From sequence record MZ065353.1: a stretch of DNA of 64,000 nucleotides; one strand, written 5' to 3'. A program made the translations under genes and the position numbers. A model generated the notes under the pieces. That model worked only from the letters and a program-made list of their open reading frames with translations, was not told the origin of the DNA and searched no databases. This DNA comes from Escherichia virus KFS-EC3. The first letter of the stretch is position 1, and the number at the start of each line of letters is the position of its first letter. Positions 1 through 8,488 of this stretch are shown one piece after another.

Positions 1-51
1 TCCGGAACAGCAGCGCGACGTTATCGCTCGTACCTTTACTGAGAGCTTGTA

Positions 52-273
52 ATGGCAAAGATAATTATTGAAGGTTCTAAAGATGTGTTAAATGCTTTCG
101 CCGAGTGGTTTAGTAATTCAGGCGAACAGCAATTTAATGAAGCGTGGACCATGGGTGATATTGATGGAATTTATCCTACGACAGAAATTTCTGTTCAAGG
201 ATATGGCATTCATGAACCTATTCGTTTAGTTGAATATGATTTATGTACTGGTGAGGAAGTCAAATATGATTGA
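52..273 (+). CDS. hypothetical protein (73 aa)
   Basis: ORF track; start overlaps upstream stop; lies in the vs.x region upstream of regB. Confidence 0.5.
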   Translation: MAKIIIEGSKDVLNAFAEWFSNSGEQQFNEAWTMGDIDGIYPTTEISVQGYGIHEPIRLVEYDLCTGEEVKYD

Positions 274-532
274 AGATATTAAAGGTTATAAGCCACATAC
301 TGAAGAGAAAATCGGTAAAGTGAATGCAATCAAAGACGCTGAAGTTCGTTTAGGACTTATCTTTGACGCTTTATATGACGAATTCTGGGAAGCACTAGAT
401 AATTGTGAAGACTGCGAATTCGCGAAGAATTATGCTGAAAGCCTCGATCAGTTAACTATTGCTAAAACGAAACTCAAAGAAGCCAGTATGTGGGCTTGTC
501 GTGCTGTGTTCCAACCAGAGGAAAAATATTAA
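266..532 (+). CDS. hypothetical protein (88 aa)
   Basis: ATG at 266 with GAGGAAG 6 nt upstream; track start at 230 is a TTG extension. Confidence 0.55.
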   Translation: MIEDIKGYKPHTEEKIGKVNAIKDAEVRLGLIFDALYDEFWEALDNCEDCEFAKNYAESLDQLTIAKTKLKEASMWACRAVFQPEEKY

Positions 533-810
533 TGGCACAATTGCTATCAGGTTTTGGTACTCATTATTATGCAGCAGACCGTCGTGTATCTGTTGCTCCT
601 AAGAAAATTCAAAGTCTTGATGACTTCCAAGAAGTAGTCCGTAAAGCTTTCCAGGACTATGCGCGTTATCTTAAAGAAGATTCACAGGACTGTCTTGAAG
701 AAGATGAAATTGCTTACTATGAGCAACGTCTTGAACAGCTTAAAAACCTGCATGAGGTCCGTGCAGAAGTTTCAAAGTCTATGAATAAATTGATTAGATT
801 TAAAGAATAA
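532..810 (+). CDS. hypothetical protein (92 aa)
   Basis: ATG overlaps upstream stop (TAATG); GAGGA RBS; track start at 490 is an upstream extension. Confidence 0.55.
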   Translation: MAQLLSGFGTHYYAADRRVSVAPKKIQSLDDFQEVVRKAFQDYARYLKEDSQDCLEEDEIAYYEQRLEQLKNLHEVRAEVSKSMNKLIRFKE

Positions 811-812
811 TT

Positions 813-842
813 GTTTACTTTTCCTCTTGACTGTGGTATAAT
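813..842 (+). promoter_or_regulatory. T4-type early sigma70 promoter (GTTTAC, 17-nt spacer, GTATAAT)
   Basis: GTTTAC at 813 and TATAAT at 837; AAGAGGAG RBS and ATG 870 follow. Confidence 0.6.
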
Positions 843-869
843 TTTTCTATCAGTTAAGAGGAGAATAAC

Positions 870-1331
870 ATGACTATCAACACAGAAGTTTTTATCCGTC
901 GAAATAAGCTTCGTCGTCACTTTGAGTCGGAGTTTCGTCAAATTAACAATGAGATTCGTGAGGCATCAAAAGCAGCAGGGGTCTCATCGTTTCATCTAAA
1001 ATATTCTCAGCATCTTCTTGATCGTGCAATTCAACGGGAGATTGATGAGACATATGTTTTTGAATTATTCCACAAAATAAAAGACCATGTTTTAGAAGTT
1101 AATGAATTCCTGAGTATGCCTCCACGTCCTGATATTGACGAGGATTTTATTGATGGGGTTGAATATCGTCCTGGACGTTTAGAAATCACAGATGGAAATC
1201 TTTGGCTTGGATTTACAGTTTGTAAACCTAATGCGAAGTTCAAAGACCCGTCACTTCAGTGCAGGATGGCAATTATCAACAGTCGTCGTTTACCAGGAAA
1301 GGCTTCTAAAGCAGTAATTAAAACTCAATGA
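870..1331 (+). CDS. regB: RegB sequence-specific endoribonuclease
   Basis: 153 aa; sequence and length recognised as T4 RegB; position between vs.x ORFs and tk cluster. Confidence 0.7.
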   Translation: MTINTEVFIRRNKLRRHFESEFRQINNEIREASKAAGVSSFHLKYSQHLLDRAIQREIDETYVFELFHKIKDHVLEVNEFLSMPPRPDIDEDFIDGVEYRPGRLEITDGNLWLGFTVCKPNAKFKDPSLQCRMAIINSRRLPGKASKAVIKTQ

Positions 1332-1338
1332 GGTAAGC

Positions 1339-1884
1339 ATGAGAAAAGCACTACTCGCTGGTCTATTGGCCATTTCAATGATGGCACATAGCTCCGAGCA
1401 TACTTTCAGTAATGTCCAACTCGATAACATGCGCTACGCATATCAATTCGGGGAACAATTTTCTAAGGATGGAAAATATAAAACACACAAAAATATCCAC
1501 AAGAGCGGATTGGGTCATATAATGGCTGCTATTTTATGGCAAGAAAGCTCTGCCGGAGTTAATTTAAAATCTAAACCAAAGCATCATGCCTATGGAATGT
1601 TCCAAAATTATTTGCCTACTATGCGAGCGAGAGTCAAGGAACTTGGTTATAATATGACCGATGCTGAAATAAAAAGAATGTTGAATAAACGGTCCAATTC
1701 AGCTTCCTGGGCGTACATTGAACTTTCTTATTGGTTAAATATACATAAGGGCGATATAAGAAAGGCGATATCCTCTTATAATTCGGGATGGAATGTTAAA
1801 GCAGGTTCTAAATATGCTTCTGAAGTCCTAGAAAAGGCTAATTACCTTAAAAATAATAAACTTTTGGAAATAGTAAATGACTAA
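1339..1884 (+). CDS. secreted lytic-transglycosylase-like protein (SLT motifs)
   Basis: N-terminal signal peptide; motifs WQESS, YGMFQ and SYNSG resemble SLT family motifs. Confidence 0.6.
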   Translation: MRKALLAGLLAISMMAHSSEHTFSNVQLDNMRYAYQFGEQFSKDGKYKTHKNIHKSGLGHIMAAILWQESSAGVNLKSKPKHHAYGMFQNYLPTMRARVKELGYNMTDAEIKRMLNKRSNSASWAYIELSYWLNIHKGDIRKAISSYNSGWNVKAGSKYASEVLEKANYLKNNKLLEIVND

Positions 1885-2218
1885 AATTTTGGTTTTATGT
1901 ATAGGATTAATTTCATTTTCTGCGTTAGCAGATACATCATATACTGAAATTAGAGAGTATGTAAACCGTACTGCCGCGGATTATTGTGGGAAAAATAAAG
2001 CATGCCAAGCTGAATTTGCGCAGAAATTAATATATGCATATAAAGACGGAGAAAGAGATAAATCAAGCAGATACAAAAATGATACATTGTTAAAACGATA
2101 TGCTAAAAAGTGGAATACCTTAGAATGTTCAGTTGCGGAGGAGAAAGATAAAGCCGCTTGTCATTCAATGGTTGACCGTTTAGTAGATTCTTATAATCGA
2201 GGATTGAGTACTAGATGA
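1877..2218 (+). CDS. secreted hypothetical protein (113 aa)
   Basis: hydrophobic signal-like N-terminus; overlapping stop/start coupling with neighbours. Confidence 0.55.
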   Translation: MTKILVLCIGLISFSALADTSYTEIREYVNRTAADYCGKNKACQAEFAQKLIYAYKDGERDKSSRYKNDTLLKRYAKKWNTLECSVAEEKDKAACHSMVDRLVDSYNRGLSTR

Positions 2219-2694
2219 TTGTAAAATATATCAAGGGCGATATTGTCGCCCTATTTCTTCAAGGTAATATTATTGCGCACGGGTGCAATTGCTTCCACAC
2301 AATGGGCTCTGGCGTAGCAGGTCAATTAGCAAGAGCCTATCCCAAAATTTTAGAAATAGATAAAACCACTACCGAGTACGGTTCTCGTGATAAATTAGGC
2401 GATATGTCTATTGTTTTTAAACACAGTCCTACAGGATTTGGTATATGCTATAACCTTTATACGCAATACGAACCGGGTCCTAATCTTGATTATGGTGCTT
2501 TAGTAAACTGCATGATAGAATTAAATCTACAGGCAGAGACCCTTTTGTTTAAACCAGTAATTTATATTCCACGCATAGGTTGCGGTATTGCTGGCGGCGA
2601 TTGGGATAAGGTTTCTAAATTAATCGACATGTTTACTCCTGATATTGATTTAATAGTGGTGGATTATGAAAGCACATTACCCGCATCCGTTTGA
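2215..2694 (+). CDS. macro-domain-like (ADP-ribose binding/processing) protein
   Basis: GDIVALFLQGNIIAHGCNCFHTMGSGVAGQ resembles macro-domain GDIT...NAAN...GGGV motifs; 159 aa. Confidence 0.45.
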   Translation: MIVKYIKGDIVALFLQGNIIAHGCNCFHTMGSGVAGQLARAYPKILEIDKTTTEYGSRDKLGDMSIVFKHSPTGFGICYNLYTQYEPGPNLDYGALVNCMIELNLQAETLLFKPVIYIPRIGCGIAGGDWDKVSKLIDMFTPDIDLIVVDYESTLPASV

Positions 2695-2878
2695 TCCTAA
2701 AAACAAAGTGGAAATTATTCGTCAATGGGAACGCATTTGCCGTACTAAATGCCCAATTAATAGTCCACATGATGTAGATAAAGACTATATTGGAACATTC
2801 GTTGAATATACCTTTATTGATAAGAAAGGTCGTAAACAGCATGTAGAAGAATATTGCTTAAAGGTTACATGGTTATGA
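2666..2878 (+). CDS. hypothetical protein (70 aa)
   Basis: ATG ORF overlapping the end of the upstream gene by 29 nt. Confidence 0.45.
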   Translation: MKAHYPHPFDPKNKVEIIRQWERICRTKCPINSPHDVDKDYIGTFVEYTFIDKKGRKQHVEEYCLKVTWL

Positions 2879-3081
2879 GCCAAACTAGCATTCTTAAAAA
2901 TGCACATTGTGAAAAGTGTAAATGGCCAGTTGTTTTTGCTTTATGCAATGATGAAATGGCTTGTGATTTCGATTATTGGTGCTATTGCTCTAATAAAGGA
3001 TGCATTAATCATAAAGGTGAAGGATTTTATTCAGGATTTTATCCTTATCCCGATTTTGTTAAAGAAGGTAAACCAAAATGA
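2875..3081 (+). CDS. Cys-rich small protein (68 aa)
   Basis: ATGA start/stop overlap; CxxC..CxxC..C pattern suggests metal binding. Confidence 0.45.
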   Translation: MSQTSILKNAHCEKCKWPVVFALCNDEMACDFDYWCYCSNKGCINHKGEGFYSGFYPYPDFVKEGKPK

Positions 3082-3251
3082 ATAGTTCTGAGTTACAATA
3101 TGAAGTGTTACGTGAGCTTGATAATTTAATTGAACTCGCTGTTAATAAAGGTTTTGCCATCGGAATTGGTCAAAAAGATACTGATCATTTAACTATGGAA
3201 ATATTTAAGCAAAAGCGAATTATTTTAAAACTTCTGGAAATTAATATATGA
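3078..3251 (+). CDS. hypothetical protein (57 aa)
   Basis: ATG overlapping upstream stop and downstream start (ATGA both ends); below the 60-aa track cutoff. Confidence 0.4.
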   Translation: MNSSELQYEVLRELDNLIELAVNKGFAIGIGQKDTDHLTMEIFKQKRIILKLLEINI

Positions 3252-3433
3252 GTCTGAGTAAAGAACAAAAAGATAAATTGTTTGAGCTTATCCATGAACT
3301 TCTAGATGAGCATACAGAAGCAAACACCTTTTATGATGAATATGGCCCGCTATCTCCCGATCAGCAAGAAGAATTTGCTGACCGGTTTGATAAGAAAGAA
3401 AACGAATTAATAGCTTATGTGAATACGCTTTAA
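3248..3433 (+). CDS. hypothetical acidic protein (61 aa)
   Basis: ORF track; translationally coupled upstream. Confidence 0.5.
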   Translation: MSLSKEQKDKLFELIHELLDEHTEANTFYDEYGPLSPDQQEEFADRFDKKENELIAYVNTL

Positions 3434-3442
3434 GAAGGTGAT

Positions 3443-4024
3443 ATGGCGAGTTTAATTTTTACTTATGCAGCAATGAATGCTGGAAAATCTGCTTCTCTTT
3501 TGACTGCTGCGCATAATTATAAAGAGCGCGGAATGAGTGTATTAGTTCTTAAGCCTGCTATTGATACTCGCGATTCTGTCTGTGAAGTCGTTTCTCGCAT
3601 TGGAATTAAACAGGAAGCGAATATTATTACGGATGATATGGATATTTTTGAGTTCTATAAATGGGCTGAAGCACAAAAAGATATTCATTGTGTATTTGTA
3701 GATGAAGCTCAGTTTTTAAAAACTGAACAGGTACATCAATTAAGCCGAATTGTTGATATATATAATGTTCCTGTTATGGCTTATGGGCTAAGGACTGATT
3801 TCGCTGGAAAATTATTTGAAGGTTCTAAAGAACTTTTGGCGATTGCAGATAAACTTATTGAACTAAAAGCAGTTTGTCATTGTGGTAAAAAAGCTATTAT
3901 GACAGCTCGATTAATGGAAGATGGAACGCCAGTTAAAGAAGGCAATCAAATCTGTATTGGTGATGAAATTTATGTTTCTTTGTGTAGAAAACATTGGAAT
4001 GAATTAACTAAAAAGCTCGGTTAG
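3443..4024 (+). CDS. tk: thymidine kinase
   Basis: 193 aa; P-loop AMNAGKS; CxxC pairs near C-terminus; matches T4 Tk length. Confidence 0.95.
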   Translation: MASLIFTYAAMNAGKSASLLTAAHNYKERGMSVLVLKPAIDTRDSVCEVVSRIGIKQEANIITDDMDIFEFYKWAEAQKDIHCVFVDEAQFLKTEQVHQLSRIVDIYNVPVMAYGLRTDFAGKLFEGSKELLAIADKLIELKAVCHCGKKAIMTARLMEDGTPVKEGNQICIGDEIYVSLCRKHWNELTKKLG

Positions 4025-4033
4025 TGCAAAAGT

Positions 4034-4041
4034 TATAAATA
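4034..4041 (+). promoter_or_regulatory. possible late promoter (TATAAATA)
   Basis: exact TATAAATA 26 nt upstream of the ATG at 4067. Confidence 0.35.
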
Positions 4042-4066
4042 GGTTTATCTAACTAAAGGGGTATAT

Positions 4067-4279
4067 ATGCTACAATTAACTGAAAAGCAACTTCGCAATC
4101 TTACTGTTCTTCAATTAGATGAAATTCGTAGGGAAGTTGGAAATATCATTTCAGCTTTGCGTCGAGAAGTATCACTCAACCAATCTCCGGCAGACTATAC
4201 TAGATTGCGAAATTTTGAAAAATACCTTGATAAAGTTAAGGCCGTGCATCGGCATAAAGTAAATACAGGACAAAAATGA
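4067..4279 (+). CDS. hypothetical protein (70 aa)
   Basis: ORF track; AAAGGGG RBS. Confidence 0.55.
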
Positions 4280-4291
4280 TAGGAGGCCTTT

Positions 4292-4585
4292 ATGGCCTTA
4301 AAAGCAACGGCACTATTTGCCATGCTAGGATTAGCGTTTGCTTTATCTCCACCAATTGAAGCGAATGTCGATCCTCATTTTGATAAATTTATGGAATCTG
4401 GTATTAGACATGTTTATATGCTTTTTGAAAATAAAAGCGTAGAATCATCTGAACAGTTCTATAGTTTTATGCGAACGACTTATAAAAATGACCCGTGCTC
4501 TTCCGATTTTGAATGTATAGAGCGAGGCGCGGAGATGGCACAATCATACGCTAGAATTATGAACATTAAATTGGAGACTGAATGA
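4292..4585 (+). CDS. rI: lysis-inhibition regulator rI (signal-anchored periplasmic protein)
   Basis: 97 aa; sequence recognised as T4 RI; AGGAGG RBS. Confidence 0.85.
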   Translation: MALKATALFAMLGLAFALSPPIEANVDPHFDKFMESGIRHVYMLFENKSVESSEQFYSFMRTTYKNDPCSSDFECIERGAEMAQSYARIMNIKLETE

Positions 4586-4968
4586 AATTCAGCGACTTTT
4601 CACAAAGTGGAAAACCTTCAAAGGCAGATGAATACTTAGGTTTATTAATGGCTGCACAAGCTTATTTTCATTCTGCGCATTTTGAAACTAAAAGTTATGC
4701 TAGACACAAAGCATACGATTTTATTTTCTCTGAGTTGCCAGATTTGATTGATAAATTTGGTGAGCAATATTTGGGGTATTCTGGTAGAAAATACACGCCT
4801 TCTATTCCAGATGCCAGTAAACTTCCTACCGACACAATTAAAATGATTGATCGCATACTAGACCAATCTAATAGCATTTATAAAGAAATGCCTCCAGCCA
4901 TTCAAAGCACGATAGATGATATTACTGGGATGTTTTACCAGAGCAAATATCTTCTTTCCCTCGAATAA
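4582..4968 (+). CDS. hypothetical protein (128 aa)
   Basis: ORF track; ATGA overlap with rI stop. Confidence 0.6.
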   Translation: MKFSDFSQSGKPSKADEYLGLLMAAQAYFHSAHFETKSYARHKAYDFIFSELPDLIDKFGEQYLGYSGRKYTPSIPDASKLPTDTIKMIDRILDQSNSIYKEMPPAIQSTIDDITGMFYQSKYLLSLE

Positions 4969-4972
4969 CATT

Positions 4973-4995
4973 AGTCTCCTTCGGGAGACTTTTTT
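4973..4995 (+). terminator. rho-independent terminator
   Basis: AGTCTCC-TTCG-GGAGACT hairpin followed by a T-run. Confidence 0.7.
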
Positions 4996-5005
4996 CATTT
5001 TACCG

Positions 5006-5035
5006 GTTTACTTTCCATTTGAGCTGTGATACTAT
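5006..5035 (+). promoter_or_regulatory. T4-type early promoter (GTTTAC cassette)
   Basis: GTTTAC, 17-nt spacer, TACTAT; ATG 58 nt downstream of GTTTAC. Confidence 0.55.
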
Positions 5036-5063
5036 ACAACTATCGGATAAAGAGGAGAACATC

Positions 5064-5252
5064 ATGAAAATTGAAGCACTCAATCAAGAAGGAAACATCT
5101 ACGTCATCATTAATGGTGATTTTTTCGTCGACATGGATGAAGTTACTAGTGAAGAACTTGTAGAAGTTCTTAAGAAACGCTATAGTATGTGTGATGAAGC
5201 TGCAACTCATATGGCGTGTGCAATATTCTCTCTTTCATATGTGGTGGAATAA
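5064..5252 (+). CDS. hypothetical acidic protein (62 aa)
   Basis: ATG with AAGAGGAG RBS; track start at 5019 is an extension. Confidence 0.5.
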   Translation: MKIEALNQEGNIYVIINGDFFVDMDEVTSEELVEVLKKRYSMCDEAATHMACAIFSLSYVVE

Positions 5253-5455
5253 TGATTAGCATTGAACAAGCAGATAAAATTAAAGAATTGGTAGCTTTAA
5301 TTCGCAAAGCAGATGAGGAACTTAGTGACTTTGCTTGGTTTTCGTCAGGCATTGCAAATAAAGGTGCCGAAGAACTTGAAGCTAAAGTTGATAATGCTGT
5401 AGAAGCTTTAGATATGTTTCTTGATGAAATTATCGATCATAATACGAGAGTTTAA
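5252..5455 (+). CDS. hypothetical acidic helical protein (67 aa)
   Basis: TAATG coupling; GGTGG RBS. Confidence 0.5.
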   Translation: MISIEQADKIKELVALIRKADEELSDFAWFSSGIANKGAEELEAKVDNAVEALDMFLDEIIDHNTRV

Positions 5456-5457
5456 AT

Positions 5458-5652
5458 ATGCTAACACGCGAACAGTTTGAAAAAATCATTAAATTAGCAC
5501 GTGATATTGAAATAGATTCATATCAATTAGCAGTTGAGCATTGTGAAGGATATTCATATGACGGTATAGAAACAGCTAAAAAGGATTTGGATAAATCTAA
5601 AGCTAAGTTAGTTCAATATCTTGAAATGATTAGGTGGAATAATGAAAACTGA
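5458..5652 (+). CDS. hypothetical acidic helical protein (64 aa)
   Basis: ORF track. Confidence 0.5.
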   Translation: MLTREQFEKIIKLARDIEIDSYQLAVEHCEGYSYDGIETAKKDLDKSKAKLVQYLEMIRWNNEN

Positions 5653-5815
5653 AAAGCAGATGTTTTTAATGAAACTAATTGAAGAATATGCTAATGCAGT
5701 TTCTGACTATGAATGTTCTTCTCGGGAAAGAGGTACAGCTTTCGCAAAGGAAGAAATGAAAATCATGGTTGATGCTCACACAAAGCTTCAGAATTTTATT
5801 GAAAACGTCATTTAA
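5642..5815 (+). CDS. hypothetical protein (57 aa)
   Basis: ATG overlapping upstream gene end; GGTGG RBS; below track cutoff. Confidence 0.4.
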   Translation: MKTEKQMFLMKLIEEYANAVSDYECSSRERGTAFAKEEMKIMVDAHTKLQNFIENVI

Positions 5816-5817
5816 TG

Positions 5818-5847
5818 GTTTACAAGTTGGCAAGGTTATGGTATAGT
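5818..5847 (+). promoter_or_regulatory. T4-type early promoter (GTTTAC cassette)
   Basis: GTTTAC, 17-nt spacer, GTATAGT; 58 nt to ATG 5876. Confidence 0.5.
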
Positions 5848-5875
5848 AATCTTGTCAACTGCCAAGGAGAAGAGA

Positions 5876-5983
5876 ATGAAAGTTTTGTTTGCTGTGTATG
5901 TGATGATTCAATATAATTACCCAATGTTTACGTATAATTTGGTGAACAACATTATTGATATGATTCAGAGGAGTATACAATGA
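5876..5983 (+). CDS. possible small hydrophobic ORF (35 aa)
   Basis: AAGGAG RBS; stop overlaps the ATG of the next gene. Confidence 0.3.
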   Translation: MKVLFAVYVMIQYNYPMFTYNLVNNIIDMIQRSIQ

Positions 5984-6525
5984 TGAGTGAGGCGAAACGA
6001 TTAGTATTAGAAGTTAGTTCACTTTTTGGTGAATTGGCTATAGAAAAAGTAAATAATATGTATCGTTTGACACAAGAAGACGATATGCTATATTTTACGC
6101 CTAACGAAATTGTTCGTTTAACCCAAATTGAAAATTCTTATACTGATAAAATTGTAAGCATTAATGATGAGCATAAAATTCATTTCTATTCTTTATGCCC
6201 AGGATTTAACATTGAAAGCGAGTCAATATGCTTATCAATTAATAATTGGGATAGTTTTATAGATAAGATTAAATATTTTTATTATTCTAATGAAAGAAAA
6301 CATAGTTTAAAATGGCTCAAAAATCGCAATGCTATTATTACTAACGCTTGTGATCAGAATGATGAAACTGTTTTAAACGTATCAAAATGCTATGAAGATG
6401 GAGATGTCTTAACTATTCGTCAAATTGACGATTTTCGATCGCATATCATTACATTAAACAAAGACGAAGCTATTGCACTAAAAACTTATCTTGATTCTGT
6501 TATTCCAACTATGATTTCAAAGTGA
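5980..6525 (+). CDS. hypothetical protein (181 aa)
   Basis: ORF track; GAGGAG RBS. Confidence 0.6.
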   Translation: MMSEAKRLVLEVSSLFGELAIEKVNNMYRLTQEDDMLYFTPNEIVRLTQIENSYTDKIVSINDEHKIHFYSLCPGFNIESESICLSINNWDSFIDKIKYFYYSNERKHSLKWLKNRNAIITNACDQNDETVLNVSKCYEDGDVLTIRQIDDFRSHIITLNKDEAIALKTYLDSVIPTMISK

Positions 6526-6599
6526 GGAAATATGTTTATTTCAAGTGGAACAGACATGTGTTATAAATGCAAAGCAAAATTAAATGAGACGAAGAACCA

Positions 6600-7379
6600 A
6601 TGAATTATACTAAAGTATATAATAATTTAATTAAGAAAGGAAAACTCAGAAAATTAGATAAATCTAAATTAAATTTTTATACGGAAAAGCATCATATTAT
6701 TCCATCTTGTATTGGTGGTAATGATGATTCTGATAATCTAGTTTTATTAACAGCTAGAGAGCATTTTATAGCCCATTGGCTTTTAGCTAAAATTCATTAT
6801 AATTCGCCTGGATTAATTTATGCATGGTGGTCATTTTATAATTTTGGAGAAGATTCTTTAGGAAGAAATCTCAAATTAACTTCAAGAGGATATCAGTTAG
6901 TTAGAGAAAAATTTTCAAAAATACATTCTAATACAATGAAAGAAATGTGGAAGTCTAATGAATACAGAGAAAAACGTTCGATAACATTAAGTCTTCCTGA
7001 AATAAGGGCTAAAATTTCAGAATCCCAGTTAGAAGCACAAAACAAACCGGAAGTTAAAGAAAAAATATCTAAAGGGGTGAAAGCTGCTTTTAAACGACCG
7101 GGAGTTAAAGAAAAACACTCTGCTGCAGTCAAAAAATCTTTGAATAATTTTGAAACTAAAAAGAAACAATCAAATTCATCTAAAATTAGACAAAGAACTG
7201 GTAAACATTGGCAAGACTATGACTTACTTTATAAGTTATGGATTAAATTAAATAGACCTAAACGCGGGTCATTCGGAACTTATATAAGTAAATTAGGATA
7301 TCCAAAATCTAATTATCATCGATTGATTGTACAATTTAATGAAGATTATGAAAGGTCTAATAATGAAAACTGTAGTTAA
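6600..7379 (+). CDS. free-standing HNH homing endonuclease (Mob-like mobile gene)
   Basis: HNH motif EKHHIIPSCIGGNDDSDNLVLLTAREHFIAH; C-terminal basic NUMOD-like repeats. Confidence 0.7.
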   Translation: MNYTKVYNNLIKKGKLRKLDKSKLNFYTEKHHIIPSCIGGNDDSDNLVLLTAREHFIAHWLLAKIHYNSPGLIYAWWSFYNFGEDSLGRNLKLTSRGYQLVREKFSKIHSNTMKEMWKSNEYREKRSITLSLPEIRAKISESQLEAQNKPEVKEKISKGVKAAFKRPGVKEKHSAAVKKSLNNFETKKKQSNSSKIRQRTGKHWQDYDLLYKLWIKLNRPKRGSFGTYISKLGYPKSNYHRLIVQFNEDYERSNNENCS

Positions 7380-8373
7380 GTCTTATTTTGGTAGTCATCT
7401 TTATGGAACTTCTACTCCAGAATCTGATGTAGATTTTAAAGAAATCTTTGTTCCTCCTGCTCGTGATATTCTTATAGGAAATGTTAAAGAGCATATGAGT
7501 AAAAACACTAACAACACATCATCTAAAAACACTAAAGATGATATTGACCATGAACTATACAGTCTTAAGTATTTCTTTAAATTAGCAGCAGATGGTGAAA
7601 CTGTAGCATTGGATATGCTCCACACTCCACCGGAACTAGTAGTTAAATCTGATTTACCTGATGTATGGAAGTTTATTCAAGACAATCGTTCTCGTTTTTA
7701 TACGACTAACATGAAATCCTATTTAGGATATGTTCGCAAGCAAGCTTCTAAATACGGCGTCAAGGGTTCTCGTTTGGCCGCATTACGTGATGTATTGAAA
7801 GTAGTTAATCAAATCCCTGAGCAATGGGTTGATTACCAAGAAGACGGTTCCATTAAGCAGCGTCGAACTAAAGTTGAAGATATTAAGCATCGTCTTCCAG
7901 AGAACGAATTTTGTGAATGGGTATTCCATAATCATGAGAAAACAGGCCCACAAACGTTCTACACTGTGTTGGGTCGTAAATATCAAACAACGCTTTCTCT
8001 TATCGAGCTTAAACAGTCACTGAACAAATTAGATGCTGAATACGGCGAACGCGCTCGTAAGGCTGAAGCGAATGAGGGCATTGACTGGAAAGCTCTAAGT
8101 CATGCTTGCCGTGGTGGACTCCAACTATTGGAAATTTACAAAACTGGTGACTTAGTCTATCCACTTCAAGATGCTCCATTTATTCTCGACGTGAAGTTGG
8201 GTAAACATCCATTTAAAACTGTTCAAGAGTTTTTGGAAGATGTGGTCGATCAAGTAGAAGCAGCATCCATTGAAGCTTCTAAGAACGGTATGCAGCAAAA
8301 AGTAGATATGGGTTTCTGGGATGACTTCCTTGAGAGGGTTTATCTTGAAAACCATCGAAGTTATTATAAATGA
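7363..8373 (+). CDS. Pol-beta-superfamily nucleotidyltransferase-like protein
   Basis: FGSHLYGTSTPESDVDF fits GS-x(n)-[DE]x[DE]; 336 aa from ATG 7363. Confidence 0.55.
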   Translation: MKTVVKSYFGSHLYGTSTPESDVDFKEIFVPPARDILIGNVKEHMSKNTNNTSSKNTKDDIDHELYSLKYFFKLAADGETVALDMLHTPPELVVKSDLPDVWKFIQDNRSRFYTTNMKSYLGYVRKQASKYGVKGSRLAALRDVLKVVNQIPEQWVDYQEDGSIKQRRTKVEDIKHRLPENEFCEWVFHNHEKTGPQTFYTVLGRKYQTTLSLIELKQSLNKLDAEYGERARKAEANEGIDWKALSHACRGGLQLLEIYKTGDLVYPLQDAPFILDVKLGKHPFKTVQEFLEDVVDQVEAASIEASKNGMQQKVDMGFWDDFLERVYLENHRSYYK

Positions 8374-8376
8374 TAA

Positions 8377-8400
8377 GGGAGCCTTCGGGCTCCCTTTTTT
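8377..8400 (+). terminator. rho-independent terminator
   Basis: GGGAGCC-TTCG-GGCTCCC hairpin followed by TTTTTT. Confidence 0.75.
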
Positions 8401-8424
8401 ATTTCAAAAATTTTTCACAAAACT

Positions 8425-8454
8425 GTTTACAAGCATAAAGCTTTATGGTACTAT
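8425..8454 (+). promoter_or_regulatory. T4-type early promoter cassette (PeSL-like)
   Basis: AAAATTTTTCACAAAACTGTTTAC upstream element, GTTTAC, TACTAT; shared TATACAACTATCAAC leader. Confidence 0.55.
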
Positions 8455-8488
8455 ACAACTATCAACTGATACGGATTTGGAGAATAAA

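Noticed and set aside
2900-3085. Alternative-frame plus-strand ORFs (2900-3085, 23845-24066, 25895-26158, 32289-32480, 33501-33686, 36651-36851, 45380-45592)
   Set aside because: Each is embedded out of frame in a better-supported gene and lacks an RBS.
8321-8488. N-terminal extensions in the ORF track (also 33696-33878, 61597-61689, 62062-62196, 5019-5063)
   Set aside because: The extensions translate across promoter cassettes into the shared FTKLF..GTIQLSTTEE pseudo-peptide; the true starts are the ATGs at fixed distance downstream of each promoter.
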